Assembly: GCA_963706285.1 (NCBI GenBank)
Contig: CAVPLU010000010.1
Span: forward strand, 64,001-128,000
Source: Candidatus Bathyarchaeota archaeon
GTDB lineage: Archaea; Thermoproteota; Bathyarchaeia; 40CM-2-53-6
Direction: 5' to 3'
DNA length: 64,000 nucleotides
Shown: piece by piece, positions 9,922 to 19,314 of the stretch
Layout: each line of letters begins with the position of its first letter
Position numbering within the stretch: position 1 is the first letter of the stretch
Position numbers and translations under genes: made by a program
The notes under the pieces: model-generated
Database searches by the model: none
What the model saw: only the letters and a program-made list of their open reading frames with translations
What the model was told of the DNA's origin: nothing

Positions 9922-10905
9922 ATGGCACAAGTCAGTCTATCTGAAAGAGCAATGAATGTTTTCGATCGTAAGGTGCAGGAGATTTCAGGATCGGTCCTGA
10001 ATGCACGTGATGTTACGACAATACAAGTGAACGTAGGGCTTCTCTGCAGCAATTCATGCATGCACTGCCATCTCGAAGCCAGCCCAGCGAGAAAAGAAAT
10101 GATGGGTTGGGAAACGATGCAGCTTGTGGTAGGTGTCGCCGATAAGATCCGCCCCAAATTGGTGGACATAACTGGAGGTGCACCTGAACTGAATCCTCTT
10201 CTCGCGAAGTTCGTTAATGCGCTGCGAAAGGGCAGTCATACCGTTCAGGTGAGGACGAACCTTGCGGTTCTACTTCAACCGAAAATAGAAGAGATGATGA
10301 CGTTTTACAGGAACGCTGGCGTCAGACTCGTTGCTTCGCTTCCCTGCTACACGAAAGCGAATGTTGATGCTCAGCGAGGAATTGGCGTCTACGAGAAGAG
10401 CGTTGAAGCTCTGAAGCGTCTGAACGCGATCGGCTATGGATCAGATGTCGACCTCAAGCTCGATTTGGTGTACAATCCAGGAGGAGCGTTTCTGCCTGGT
10501 GAACAATCCTCACTGGAATCTGATTATCGGGAGCACCTGCAGAAGGAACACGGCATCGTCTTCAGCAATTTGAGAACAATCACGAATATCCCGATAGGGC
10601 GGTTCCAGAACTGGCTTCGCCAGCAGAATCAGTATGAGGAGTACAAGCAACTTCTCAGGGATTCATTCAATCCTGAGACTCTTGAGGGATTGATGTGTCG
10701 ACATCAAATTGAGGTAGCTTGGGATGGACGAGTCTACGATTGTGACTTCAATCTGGCGCTACGAGCCCCAGTAGTCGCCGGTGTCTCGTCACATGTTAGG
10801 GACTTTGATGTTGACGCGTATTCTAAGAGGAGAATTGTCACGGGCGAATACTGCTTCGGCTGCACGGCCGGGCATGGATCATCATGCGGCGGCGCACTAG
10901 CCTAA
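9922..10905 (+). CDS. arsS: Radical SAM protein, ArsS/DUF3641 family
   Basis: QVNVG.LCSNSCMHCH, DITGGAPELNP, ASLPCY, LVYNP, MCR, YDCDFN, C-terminal CFGCTAG.GSSCGG. Confidence 0.85.
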   Translation: MAQVSLSERAMNVFDRKVQEISGSVLNARDVTTIQVNVGLLCSNSCMHCHLEASPARKEMMGWETMQLVVGVADKIRPKLVDITGGAPELNPLLAKFVNALRKGSHTVQVRTNLAVLLQPKIEEMMTFYRNAGVRLVASLPCYTKANVDAQRGIGVYEKSVEALKRLNAIGYGSDVDLKLDLVYNPGGAFLPGEQSSLESDYREHLQKEHGIVFSNLRTITNIPIGRFQNWLRQQNQYEEYKQLLRDSFNPETLEGLMCRHQIEVAWDGRVYDCDFNLALRAPVVAGVSSHVRDFDVDAYSKRRIVTGEYCFGCTAGHGSSCGGALA

Positions 10906-11150
10906 CTCATCAGGCTCGCCAAGTGCAACATATCTGCATGCTCGTTGCGCACGCACACGTCACACATCCTCTGAAAATTGCACTGTGGAATCAATGGTGC
11001 GGAATTCTGGCGCCCTAGAACTATCAAGCAAGGGGACCCATGGCGCTTGTCCAGTTCCTCAATCGAGACATAGTGACGACATGAGCTACTGGGAAACCAC
11101 GCAGTGCGGATATTTGTCAATGAATCAGAGTCGGAGTGAGCTGTAAGTGT

Positions 11151-11534
11151 CTACAGCTGGGCTCCGCACTTCTCGCAGAATTTGCTCTCGAGCGGTATCT
11201 TTGTTCCACAGCTGCGACAGAACTTGGTTGAGCCAGCGGGTTGCGTGCTGGGCTCAGCTGGTTGGGGTGCTGGAGAGGTCTGTTTTCCTGCAGCTACGTA
11301 GACTGTTTCTCCGTTTTTCGTTTCCTTCTTGACAACACCTTCTTCCACAAGGCCTTCCATCATTTCTTCGGCTTCTTGTCGGGATACGCCCTCTCTCGCT
11401 GCAATCGCTGCAAGTGTGACACCGCCAGCCGCCACGGTCATCGATAGGACTGTGGCTCTAGTGAGGCGTCGAAATCCTCTTCGGACTCCTCTTCTGACCA
11501 TTCTTCTCGCTCGAAACATATCGATAATCCTCAA
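11151..11534 (-). CDS. Arg-rich N-terminus + winged-helix-like segment + C-terminal zinc ribbon
   Basis: FCRSCG..FCEKCG zinc ribbon; VTLAAIAAREGVSRQEAEEMMEGLVEEG resembles a wHTH. Confidence 0.7.
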   Translation of the reverse strand: MRIIDMFRARRMVRRGVRRGFRRLTRATVLSMTVAAGGVTLAAIAAREGVSRQEAEEMMEGLVEEGVVKKETKNGETVYVAAGKQTSPAPQPAEPSTQPAGSTKFCRSCGTKIPLESKFCEKCGAQL

Positions 11535-11688
11535 ACAGGAATCGTTCTATTGGGTCATTACGATTGTTCAGAATTTAAGACATGTCCTGAGTGTTCGCAT
11601 AGCTTGGGCCCGTAGCTAGAATTGCACTCTGATCTCGTGATAACTGTTAAATTAACTGAGCTTGATGGTCTGGTTGAGGATCTGTGGA

Positions 11689-11814
11689 ATGTGGCGTGTT
11701 CGTAGAGCGAGAGCGAGAAGATCAATGTGGGGAATCTGGTTAGTCATCTTCATTTTCATCATCATTATAGTGGCCCTCGCCGCGATGCGATGGCGATGGT
11801 TACTGTTGCGCTAG
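11689..11814 (+). CDS. 41-aa single-TM peptide (not in ORF track)
   Basis: MWRVRRARARRSMWGIWLVIFIFIIIIVALAAMRWRWLLLR; GAGGA upstream. Confidence 0.55.
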   Translation: MWRVRRARARRSMWGIWLVIFIFIIIIVALAAMRWRWLLLR

Positions 11815-11829
11815 CGGAATGTGTTCAGC

Positions 11830-11991
11830 ATGGCTAATCTTCTCATTCTCCTTCTTGTGCTTGTGGGAGTCTTCGTTCTTTTTGCTGTTCTAGGATTCGC
11901 ATTTAGAGCATTGAAATGGCTTATCTCAATCGGCATAGTCGTCGTCGTTATTCTACTCATACTTTCGCTGATGAGGTTAATGCCACTGTAG
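11830..11991 (+). CDS. 53-aa two-TM peptide (not in ORF track)
   Basis: MANLLILLLVLVGVFVLFAVLGFAFRALKWLISIGIVVVVILLILSLMRLMPL. Confidence 0.6.
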   Translation: MANLLILLLVLVGVFVLFAVLGFAFRALKWLISIGIVVVVILLILSLMRLMPL

Positions 11992-12009
11992 TCTGATAGC
12001 GTTTAGACG

Positions 12010-12834
12010 GTGATAATCATTATGGCGTTTCTAGCACACGTATCATTGAAAAGGTCGGAGAGACTAGGCCTATTTTTTGTAACGTTGTTTCTATCTGGCC
12101 TGATATTTCCCTGCGAGACAGCCTTAGCAGCTGATGTCGCATCGAGCTGGAGAGGTGAGAGCGAAGTCACAGTTGATGGTATGTGGACTGCACGAGACGA
12201 GTGGTGGAACGCCACGCAGATGCAAGCTTATGGACGCGCAGGCTATTTCTGTATTCAGAATGACGATAAGTTTCTGTATGTTCTCATCGACTTCGTCTCG
12301 GACACGAATCTAGATGACAGGGACATGGCTAGGATAAGGATCGATGTGAAGAACGACAAGTCAGATCTCCCGCAGACAGATGACTTGATGATCCTTGTCG
12401 ACTGGCTGGAAGGTGCCCCTGTGACTAGGGCTGTCCGTGGTAGTGGAACTAGTTGGGTCCTGACGCAGGATGATCTGGGCGTGCGTGTTGCTCTCTCTGC
12501 CAATTCTCGAAACGATCGCTACTCGAAGGAGCATCATCTAATCTACGAATTTGCCATTCCGAGACAGATCTTCGGAGATAGATCCAAGATAGGATTCTCG
12601 GCTATGGCTGGAAGCCAGATGGGGACATCAGACGCCAATTTCATGAACCTTCCGAGAAGACACCATTTCATGAGACCATCTACGTGGGTCACGCTTCTAT
12701 TCGCAACTGAATCTGGAACGGGAACGGTGATCCCGTGGGGATTGATCGCTGTAGCGGCTGTAGTATTTGCCATTGTCGCAGCCATTGGAATCTACTATCT
12801 AAGGAGAAGAGAACGAAAACGAAGGTCGAATTGA
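12010..12834 (+). CDS. Secreted DOMON/CBM9-like beta-sandwich protein with C-terminal TM anchor
   Basis: Signal peptide, VTVDG.W..DEW, ND..FLYV, HLIYEFAIP, C-terminal TM plus RRRERKRR. Confidence 0.7.
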   Translation: MIIIMAFLAHVSLKRSERLGLFFVTLFLSGLIFPCETALAADVASSWRGESEVTVDGMWTARDEWWNATQMQAYGRAGYFCIQNDDKFLYVLIDFVSDTNLDDRDMARIRIDVKNDKSDLPQTDDLMILVDWLEGAPVTRAVRGSGTSWVLTQDDLGVRVALSANSRNDRYSKEHHLIYEFAIPRQIFGDRSKIGFSAMAGSQMGTSDANFMNLPRRHHFMRPSTWVTLLFATESGTGTVIPWGLIAVAAVVFAIVAAIGIYYLRRRERKRRSN

Positions 12835-12929
12835 TTTGGATGATCAAGAGAGCTTCAATTTGAATGGTTACAGATACTGCGTTCAATCCCGAAAAGTTGG
12901 AACAACCGTCAGTGTTGATTATCCAGGAG

Positions 12930-14876
12930 ATGGAAGAGATGAGACTCGATTTGAATAGCCGCCTATTTGCCGTTCTCTTGGTAGTCGTGGTTCTAAGCCC
13001 GACGTGTGTTGCCGCGTTGGCACCGCTTGACACGGCGTATTGTGGTGACGCTGTGTGCGCACCCTACGCCACAATAAAGAGTGTTGGATCCGTGAACCCG
13101 TATGTTTTGAAAGGCGTTCCATTCGAAATCTCCGTCGAGGCAGATGTCATTGCCTCAGAATATGCTACCTATGGATTCTACATTACGTATGCAGCAGCAG
13201 GGAAGTATGACTCTTGGCCCATCACAGGGGGGTATATGTCCAGCATACTGTATGGGTCCGGGTGGTTTGCGCAAACCGGCCCGGGTTATGGATCGATGTA
13301 CTATTGCCCTACATCAAAGAAAGTCTCGATCACGTTAAATGAACTCGGCCGCGTACCGCTTCATCTAGTCTTCTTTCATATGTCCAACATAGACTGGAAC
13401 AAAGACGGTGGTTGGCATCAGTACGTCTATGGTTCAACCCTTGGTAAACCTGTACCTCTGGGCAATACTCTGGCTACACGAGATTTTGAAGTTAATGTGT
13501 TGGCTTCTCTGCCGTCTGTTTCGATCTCGGATGTTCAGTATGTGAAGCCTCCGGATTCGATCACGGAGGGTGAGACTACGCCTGTAGTGGTGAAAGTAAG
13601 CTACAATCTTCCTGAGGCTATGACGTTGCAGTTTGACATTAATGATCTGGCTACGGGCGGAACTGTGGGTTCATGGGATTCAACGCAGAAGCTTTCCGGA
13701 ACAGGCGTTTTCACTTCATCGCCCATAAAGATCACATCTTTCGCGCCAAGTTCGATGGATGCGAGTAGGGCAGGTGACTGGAACCTTAGGGTTCAAGTAA
13801 GCGCAGAATCTACGCTAGGTTTGGCGGCGAAAGACACTGAGGACTTCACGATCAAGGTCGTTGCGAAGGCTTCGGCTACTCCGCCTGATGTGGACATAGC
13901 AAAAGTTGAGTATGTCAAGTCACCTGAAACAATCACTTTGGGCGAACCCACACCTGTGATAGTGACTGCAGAGTACCGGAACCTGCAGCCGAGTTCCAAG
14001 CTTCTGCTTTGGTTCAAAGATGTGGATACAGGCCAGGGCATAACCGGGGCGGTAGCATCGACAATTCTACCGGCGAGCGGAACCTACGTTTTCCCTCGGG
14101 CACAGTTGACGGCTTCAAAGACAGGTGACTGGCATCTGCAAGCTGTTGTGGAAGTGAACGCAGTTGGCGAAAGTACGGCAACGAGTAGCTTCACGATTAA
14201 AGTTGTTGCACCCACGGCTAGTGCACAGGCGCAGATCACGGACGTTGACTATGTGGCGTCGCCTGAAACTGTTTTGGTGGGAGAATCCACACCGGTGGTG
14301 GTTACTGTCAAGTACCAGAATCTTGTTCCAGGAACCAAACTAACCTTGAACATCATTGACCAAGCCTATACGTTCTACAGCCGAATCTCGGACCAGATAG
14401 TAGGTTCCACGACCTCAACCGCTCTCACCGGAAGCGGAACCTACACATTCCAGCCTGTATCCATCAAACCCGTTAGGGCCGGTGACTGGAGTCTGCAGGC
14501 TGAAGTACGTTTAGGAGATCACATGCTTATCTCAAATGGTTTCACCATCAAAGTTGTATCTGCAACGTCGACTTCGGCACCTAAGGTGAAGATAGTTGAT
14601 GTCAAATACGCTGAGCCTCCCGAGAAAGTCAAGGTCGGCAGACCCACCTCCGTGCAGGTTGCTATCCAATACTATGACCTAGCTCCAGGCACCAGGTTGA
14701 CTCTTGAGATCACTGAAGAAGGCAGAAGCCTCGCGACGTCTTCCTCCCCGCCTCTCACCGGAAGCGGGACTTACGTCTTCGACGTCGACATCATGCCGAA
14801 GAGGACTGGTGAATGGCGCCTTGTGGCAGAAGTTTCCGGTGAACGAGCCACCTTAACGATCTTAGTCGTATCCTAG
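12930..14876 (+). CDS. Secreted protein with four tandem ~115-aa Ig-like repeats
   Basis: Signal peptide; repeat consensus I.DV.YV..PE.I..GE.TPV.V.V.Y.NL...GTY.F...R.GDW.L..V seen four times. Confidence 0.8.
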   Translation: MEEMRLDLNSRLFAVLLVVVVLSPTCVAALAPLDTAYCGDAVCAPYATIKSVGSVNPYVLKGVPFEISVEADVIASEYATYGFYITYAAAGKYDSWPITGGYMSSILYGSGWFAQTGPGYGSMYYCPTSKKVSITLNELGRVPLHLVFFHMSNIDWNKDGGWHQYVYGSTLGKPVPLGNTLATRDFEVNVLASLPSVSISDVQYVKPPDSITEGETTPVVVKVSYNLPEAMTLQFDINDLATGGTVGSWDSTQKLSGTGVFTSSPIKITSFAPSSMDASRAGDWNLRVQVSAESTLGLAAKDTEDFTIKVVAKASATPPDVDIAKVEYVKSPETITLGEPTPVIVTAEYRNLQPSSKLLLWFKDVDTGQGITGAVASTILPASGTYVFPRAQLTASKTGDWHLQAVVEVNAVGESTATSSFTIKVVAPTASAQAQITDVDYVASPETVLVGESTPVVVTVKYQNLVPGTKLTLNIIDQAYTFYSRISDQIVGSTTSTALTGSGTYTFQPVSIKPVRAGDWSLQAEVRLGDHMLISNGFTIKVVSATSTSAPKVKIVDVKYAEPPEKVKVGRPTSVQVAIQYYDLAPGTRLTLEITEEGRSLATSSSPPLTGSGTYVFDVDIMPKRTGEWRLVAEVSGERATLTILVVS

Positions 14877-15066
14877 TGGATTGTCTGTGCGTACTGCCTT
14901 GCAGTGTTCGAATAGCATTACTCCTTGGTGGGTCTCGTGGTGCACATACACGTAGCCCCGTCGCGAATTTCATCACCCAATCATTTGCCTGTCCCATGAG
15001 CGAAGATCTTAGGCCTTCGTTTCGCATGAAACGCTGTGTGATAGGCGCTGACCTGAATTTTCGGAA

Positions 15067-15081
15067 TGGCGCCGGGAGAGG
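15067..15081 (-). other. tRNA 3'-end fragment (Ser-like, CCTCTCCCGGC-G-CCA)
   Basis: Plus strand TGGCGCCGGGAGAGG is the reverse complement of an archaeal tRNA-Ser-type acceptor 3' strand with G73 and CCA; only 15 nt. Confidence 0.4.
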
Positions 15082-15253
15082 ACTCTGCCCAGAGAGTTCA
15101 GCGTGGAGTCAGTGTGTGTGGTTTCGTTGTTGCGCGTGTTCGGGGGAAGGTCCGGACGGACGAGCGTCAAGCAGTGTAATGTCTGAATGGGAGCATGATC
15201 CAACACTTGCTTACAGATTTGTCTTTGTTCGGGCGCCTGTCACACGATAGGCC

Positions 15254-15466
15254 CTAACAACTCACTTCCTTGTCAACTTCTCCTTCGGCGTAGAAGACAA
15301 CCAAGGCGTCAGTGTCCTTGTAGTTGCAGTGAACAACTGCGACGTTGCTGACTACCTTTGGAGCTGGACCAGAAGGTGGTTTCCATGGCTCCTCGACAGG
15401 TCCACTTCCGCCACTCCCAGGTGGTCTGAACGGCTCCTCGATAGGCACATTATTCTTTTCCACCAA
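15254..15466 (-). CDS. 70-aa hypothetical protein with duplicated P[IV]EEP[FW][RK]PP motif
   Basis: AGGTGA ribosome-binding site 7 nt before TTG; internal repeat. Confidence 0.6.
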   Translation of the reverse strand: MVEKNNVPIEEPFRPPGSGGSGPVEEPWKPPSGPAPKVVSNVAVVHCNYKDTDALVVFYAEGEVDKEVSC

Positions 15467-15780
15467 TCTATCTCACCTGAACAGAACAAGACACGTAGCC
15501 GCTTATCAAAGCGGGCTATCCTATGGACGACTTGCCATACACAGCTCCGAGAAGAGACTCAGCTTCAACTCCACAGCCTACTGCTCGTGGATTCGAACCC
15601 TTCCAGATTCGAACCTCTCTCAATCTTGAATCCATCTCCAGCAACAGAATCGTCGCCGTCTCTCGCGTCGAGTACACCACTCCAGGCTAGATCGTCCAAG
15701 TTGAGAGTCATGTGAGCGTAGCTGAAGTGAAAGGAGATACCCATCCGGGGTTTGTGTGAACTGCGTCGAGCAGTAGAGAG

Positions 15781-15819
15781 CGATATCTGCCCCTAGTTAG
15801 GGGCAAGTACCACCGGGCC
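15781..15819. repeat. 39-bp hairpin-containing repeat, copy 1 (copy 2 at 22256-22294)
   Basis: 35/39 identical by manual alignment; contains hairpin TGCCCCT-N4-AGGGGCA. Confidence 0.85.
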
Positions 15820-15863
15820 CGCCGTTCTGATCTGACTAACAGAGTCTGGTGCCATCTTGGGGA

Positions 15864-15913
15864 GACCTTGACAAAGACGAAAGGACCCAGACAAGGTCTA
15901 TGGTGGACCGGGC
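15864..15913 (-). repeat. tRNA-Ala-like 3' end (GCCCGGTCCACCA) plus flank, homologous to 22139-22188
   Basis: ggacccagacaaggtctatggtggaccgggc vs ggacccgctcaaagctcatgatggaccgggc. Confidence 0.65.
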
Positions 15914-16148
15914 CATTTCCGTCCTAGCGTAGAAGCCCGCACCCGATAGCTCCGTAGTGATGTCGGGGTTGAGTCGGGTTCACAAGATATGACCCACGAC
16001 GCTAGGAGGATGCTCGGTGAGCCGACCCTTCACAACGAAAGATAGCCTTCTCAGCCTGACATCAACGTAAGGTGTCAATGAGCCGTGGTACGATACGAAG
16101 CTGAGCTCACGTATCTAGAGTAGTTGGGTAATCCCCTCTCTGGCCGCG

Positions 16149-16929
16149 CTACCCCACCGGTACGTTATCCACGCGAATCGCTCTTCGTCGCGTCACGATC
16201 AATGCCAGCAAAACGACTATGGGAAGGAGAAGAAAAGTCGCGGCGAACTCGGGAACCACGCCATATTCGACGGTGCTGTATTCAATGCTTTGAGCGTACA
16301 GAGTGTAGCTATCCACAAGCGTTACGCGTGTTTTCTCGAGTGTTATGATTTCGAAAGACGCTAATCTGGTTCCGACGGCGATGTCTGTTGGATCGCAATA
16401 GCTCATGGCTGCGTCCACAACCTTGCCTCCTGAATCATATAATGTCGCGGCGACCTTCGTTTCGTGAGCAATTCCTGAACCACTGTTCCTGATCTTTCCG
16501 CTGATGTGAAGAAATCCAGCGGCGTCTACGCTCTTGCTGCTTGAGACTATCTCTAGGAAAAGAGGTAGATTCGTAGACTGTTCGTAGGTCACGACAAGCG
16601 TCATAGTGGTCCGTCCTCGCCGATTGCACAAAGTCAATAACAGTCATGTCGAAGGGAGCCTTGCGACCAGGCTCAAGTATTGTTATCATCGTCTGACTCG
16701 ACCTCGTGCCGAGGAGAGTATTATTTGAAGTGTAGAACGTAGCCGTGATCATGACTGCCGTTATTGCAGTACTGCCAGTATTCTGGACTTCTCCAACCAC
16801 ATGATAGAGTCCCACGCTGTTGAGGTATCCGCTACTGCTCAGAACCGTTGCTTGCCCTTGAGCGGCAGCTGGAATGACAAACTGAAGGGGCAACAGCAGA
16901 AAGAGGCCAATCATGAGGCACTTCCTCAA
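16149..16929 (-). CDS. Secreted FxLYD-domain protein (two domains) with PEF-CTERM sorting signal; one-base insertion at ~16602
   Basis: VVGEVQNTG..ATFY and ISGKIRNSG..ATLYD domains; C-terminal VPEF + TM + RRR; ORFs 16435 and 16149 join if one base is removed. Confidence 0.8.
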
Positions 16930-17076
16930 TGATTTCACTCCTCGGTAGACCGGGCTGTTCAAGCATTTGAGTTATTGGTATGGATTCTCATCCTCGCTCA
17001 TGTCAGACTAGGTGAGAACGTTAAGAGGGAATCACCTTGTCTCGGTCAAAACGACTCCTGACGTTTCAGCCGATTT

Positions 17077-19293
17077 TCATCGCGCTCCTTTCGCGTCTTG
17101 CGCTAATAGTGCGTGTTTCATCTCAAGTCTCTTTGGAGCTCTGTTCGACGAAGTGCGGCCCGACGCCAGTTTCACCTGCCTCTTTCTTGAAGTTCTCTTC
17201 GTAGCTAAGTAGATGCAGACGGCGACAACTACGATTGCTCCCCCTGCCAATCCGTAGAGATAGGCGGATTGGCTGACGGTGGATTGGCTTACCTCAATTG
17301 TGAATTTGTCAAGACCATACGGTGCTGCGTTGAACTCACAAGCGTACTCGCCTGAGCCGATCTTTCCGGTGTCGATACTTGCGGTGTAGAGACCATTCGA
17401 ATAGGAGGTGGGTAGATCGAGAAGGATCTTATCGTCCTTGCTCACGATCAATCTGAACGTTGCCTGGGGATCACTAACCACGCCTCTAGTATAATTCAAC
17501 ACTTCATACTGCACATTAACGAGTTGGCCGGCTGACGCGTTCAGAGACCCCAGCTGCCTTTCGACAAGCCCCGGTTTCTGAGGGTTCTTTCCGAAGTACA
17601 GCGGGTTCCATGCAAGAGTCACAGATTTCTTGAGATCCCCTTGCGCGAAAATGAAAGGTCCCTGCCCCACCAGCTTAGTCAGCCCTTTCACGGATGGGTT
17701 AGGTTCCTCCCAAGGTTTGAAGTTCTTGTAGTCTTTCACATTGCTCCAAACATGTTCGGGCAGGAAAGTCATCCATGCGAAATCATAGACATGCCTGTAT
17801 CCAGTGCTGCTAATGTAGATCTGTAAGGTCGTAGGATCAGGAGCTTCCACCCTCATGACGTCGCTTAGGACGGCTAGATACTGCGGAACCTTGTTCGATT
17901 GCAGGTATTCAATGGTGAACTTCACGTCACTGGCTGTGAAAGGTTGACCGTCCTGCCATCTTACATCGTCTCTCAACTTGAAAGTGATCTTCATTCCTTC
18001 CTTTCCCGCAGCATAGCTCCATGTTTCAGTTACCCACTCTTTGGCGAGAACAGGGAGGTCATGTGATGTGACAGGGTCTACGCTGAAAAGGGGGCTGTAG
18101 AGAAGCTCGAGAACGCGCCACTCCTGCGTGCGACTGACAAGTGCAGGATTCAGAGTTGTAAACGGTCCCTCAACGCTCTGTGTGAACTTGCCACCAAACT
18201 GTGCTCCAGCCCTGCTCAAGTTGAGGTAGGTCCATGGGTTTACCACTCCGTACCCCCGCATGTTGGCGACGCCAGTCCAATCCGAGGAGACTGCGGTGAG
18301 TGTTGGGATCGAGTATATTGGCACATATGGTAGCAGGTAGGCGAGTCTCGCTTGCGCATCACGAGCTCCCCTAAGTGCCTCAGACTTGGTTGTTCCCGAC
18401 CACAAGGTTTCAAGTGCCCTGTCAAGAATCAGATCATGTATTCCGGAGTAGGCCAACGTCCAATTTCCGTCTCGTGAGGAATGAAACAATGCGTATAGTC
18501 CGAAAGGAGCAGCGGCCAGAGCAATGTCAGCAATCAATATGTCGTAGTCTCTGTCTCTCATCGTTCTCGCAACAAACAGATAGTCCGGCATTGTTGCATG
18601 CGTCGTCTGAATTCCAGCAGCGTTCGCATAATAAGCTACAACCTCCCCCGCGGCCCAGAGATCAGGATTCTCTGAACGCGTTGGGGTCAGCAGCGTAATC
18701 TGTCGCAGAGGTGCCCCGGTTCTTGGGTTCAGTCTCGTGCCCGTCTGACTGTCAAGTGCGTATCCAGCCTTATCAAACATCGTTGTAGCGTTCCGAAAGC
18801 TGAACTGAGGTACAGAAGCATCATAATTGGTCCATTCATCGGAGGCAGGGGGGACGAACGTTGTCGAAGGTTCCGCCCATCCATCTAACAGAACTTCAGC
18901 TATGTATTTTCCGTTAACTAGATGTGAAAACGCGTTTCGAAACAATCCATCATCAAAAGGCGAGCGCCTGCAGTTGAAGAAAAGAGATGCAAAGTGGAAG
19001 CTCCCTGCAGGAGACTTGTACACTCTGATATTTGGATAGGTGGCAAGGTTCTCCGCATCTTTGATGCTCCTGATGTTTTGGATCATGTCAATTTGATGAT
19101 TCTTGAGGTATGCTACTTCCTGATCGTAGCCCAAAAGTGGCGCTACAGAATAGACGATCTGATCAACATTCGGACCACACGGCCCAAACGCACATGGTTG
19201 TCCGCTGCTCGATTGTGCTACTGCGGGGGGGAAGCTCGGTATCGTTGCCAGCAGAAGGAGCATTGTCACGTAGGCCCATCTTGAGCCAGGCAT
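17077..19293 (-). CDS. ABC peptide/oligosaccharide substrate-binding protein (family 5) with C-terminal TM anchor
   Basis: FN..R.PFDD..FRNA, TLNP, TFKLRDDVRWQDGQPFTASDVKFT, GQGPF; signal peptide and C-terminal TM; no permease genes adjacent. Confidence 0.85.
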   Translation of the reverse strand: MPGSRWAYVTMLLLLATIPSFPPAVAQSSSGQPCAFGPCGPNVDQIVYSVAPLLGYDQEVAYLKNHQIDMIQNIRSIKDAENLATYPNIRVYKSPAGSFHFASLFFNCRRSPFDDGLFRNAFSHLVNGKYIAEVLLDGWAEPSTTFVPPASDEWTNYDASVPQFSFRNATTMFDKAGYALDSQTGTRLNPRTGAPLRQITLLTPTRSENPDLWAAGEVVAYYANAAGIQTTHATMPDYLFVARTMRDRDYDILIADIALAAAPFGLYALFHSSRDGNWTLAYSGIHDLILDRALETLWSGTTKSEALRGARDAQARLAYLLPYVPIYSIPTLTAVSSDWTGVANMRGYGVVNPWTYLNLSRAGAQFGGKFTQSVEGPFTTLNPALVSRTQEWRVLELLYSPLFSVDPVTSHDLPVLAKEWVTETWSYAAGKEGMKITFKLRDDVRWQDGQPFTASDVKFTIEYLQSNKVPQYLAVLSDVMRVEAPDPTTLQIYISSTGYRHVYDFAWMTFLPEHVWSNVKDYKNFKPWEEPNPSVKGLTKLVGQGPFIFAQGDLKKSVTLAWNPLYFGKNPQKPGLVERQLGSLNASAGQLVNVQYEVLNYTRGVVSDPQATFRLIVSKDDKILLDLPTSYSNGLYTASIDTGKIGSGEYACEFNAAPYGLDKFTIEVSQSTVSQSAYLYGLAGGAIVVVAVCIYLATKRTSRKRQVKLASGRTSSNRAPKRLEMKHALLAQDAKGAR

Positions 19294-19314
19294 TGTGCGG
19301 TCAATCCTCCAAGC

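Noticed and set aside
10880-10905. Selenocysteine recoding in ArsS
   Set aside because: The relevant codon is TGC (Cys) and the ORF is uninterrupted
15141-15510. RNase P RNA (GGGGAAGGTCCGG ... ACAGAA ... GCTTA)
   Set aside because: Spacing of the 3' conserved region is wrong and a likely protein gene lies between the two words
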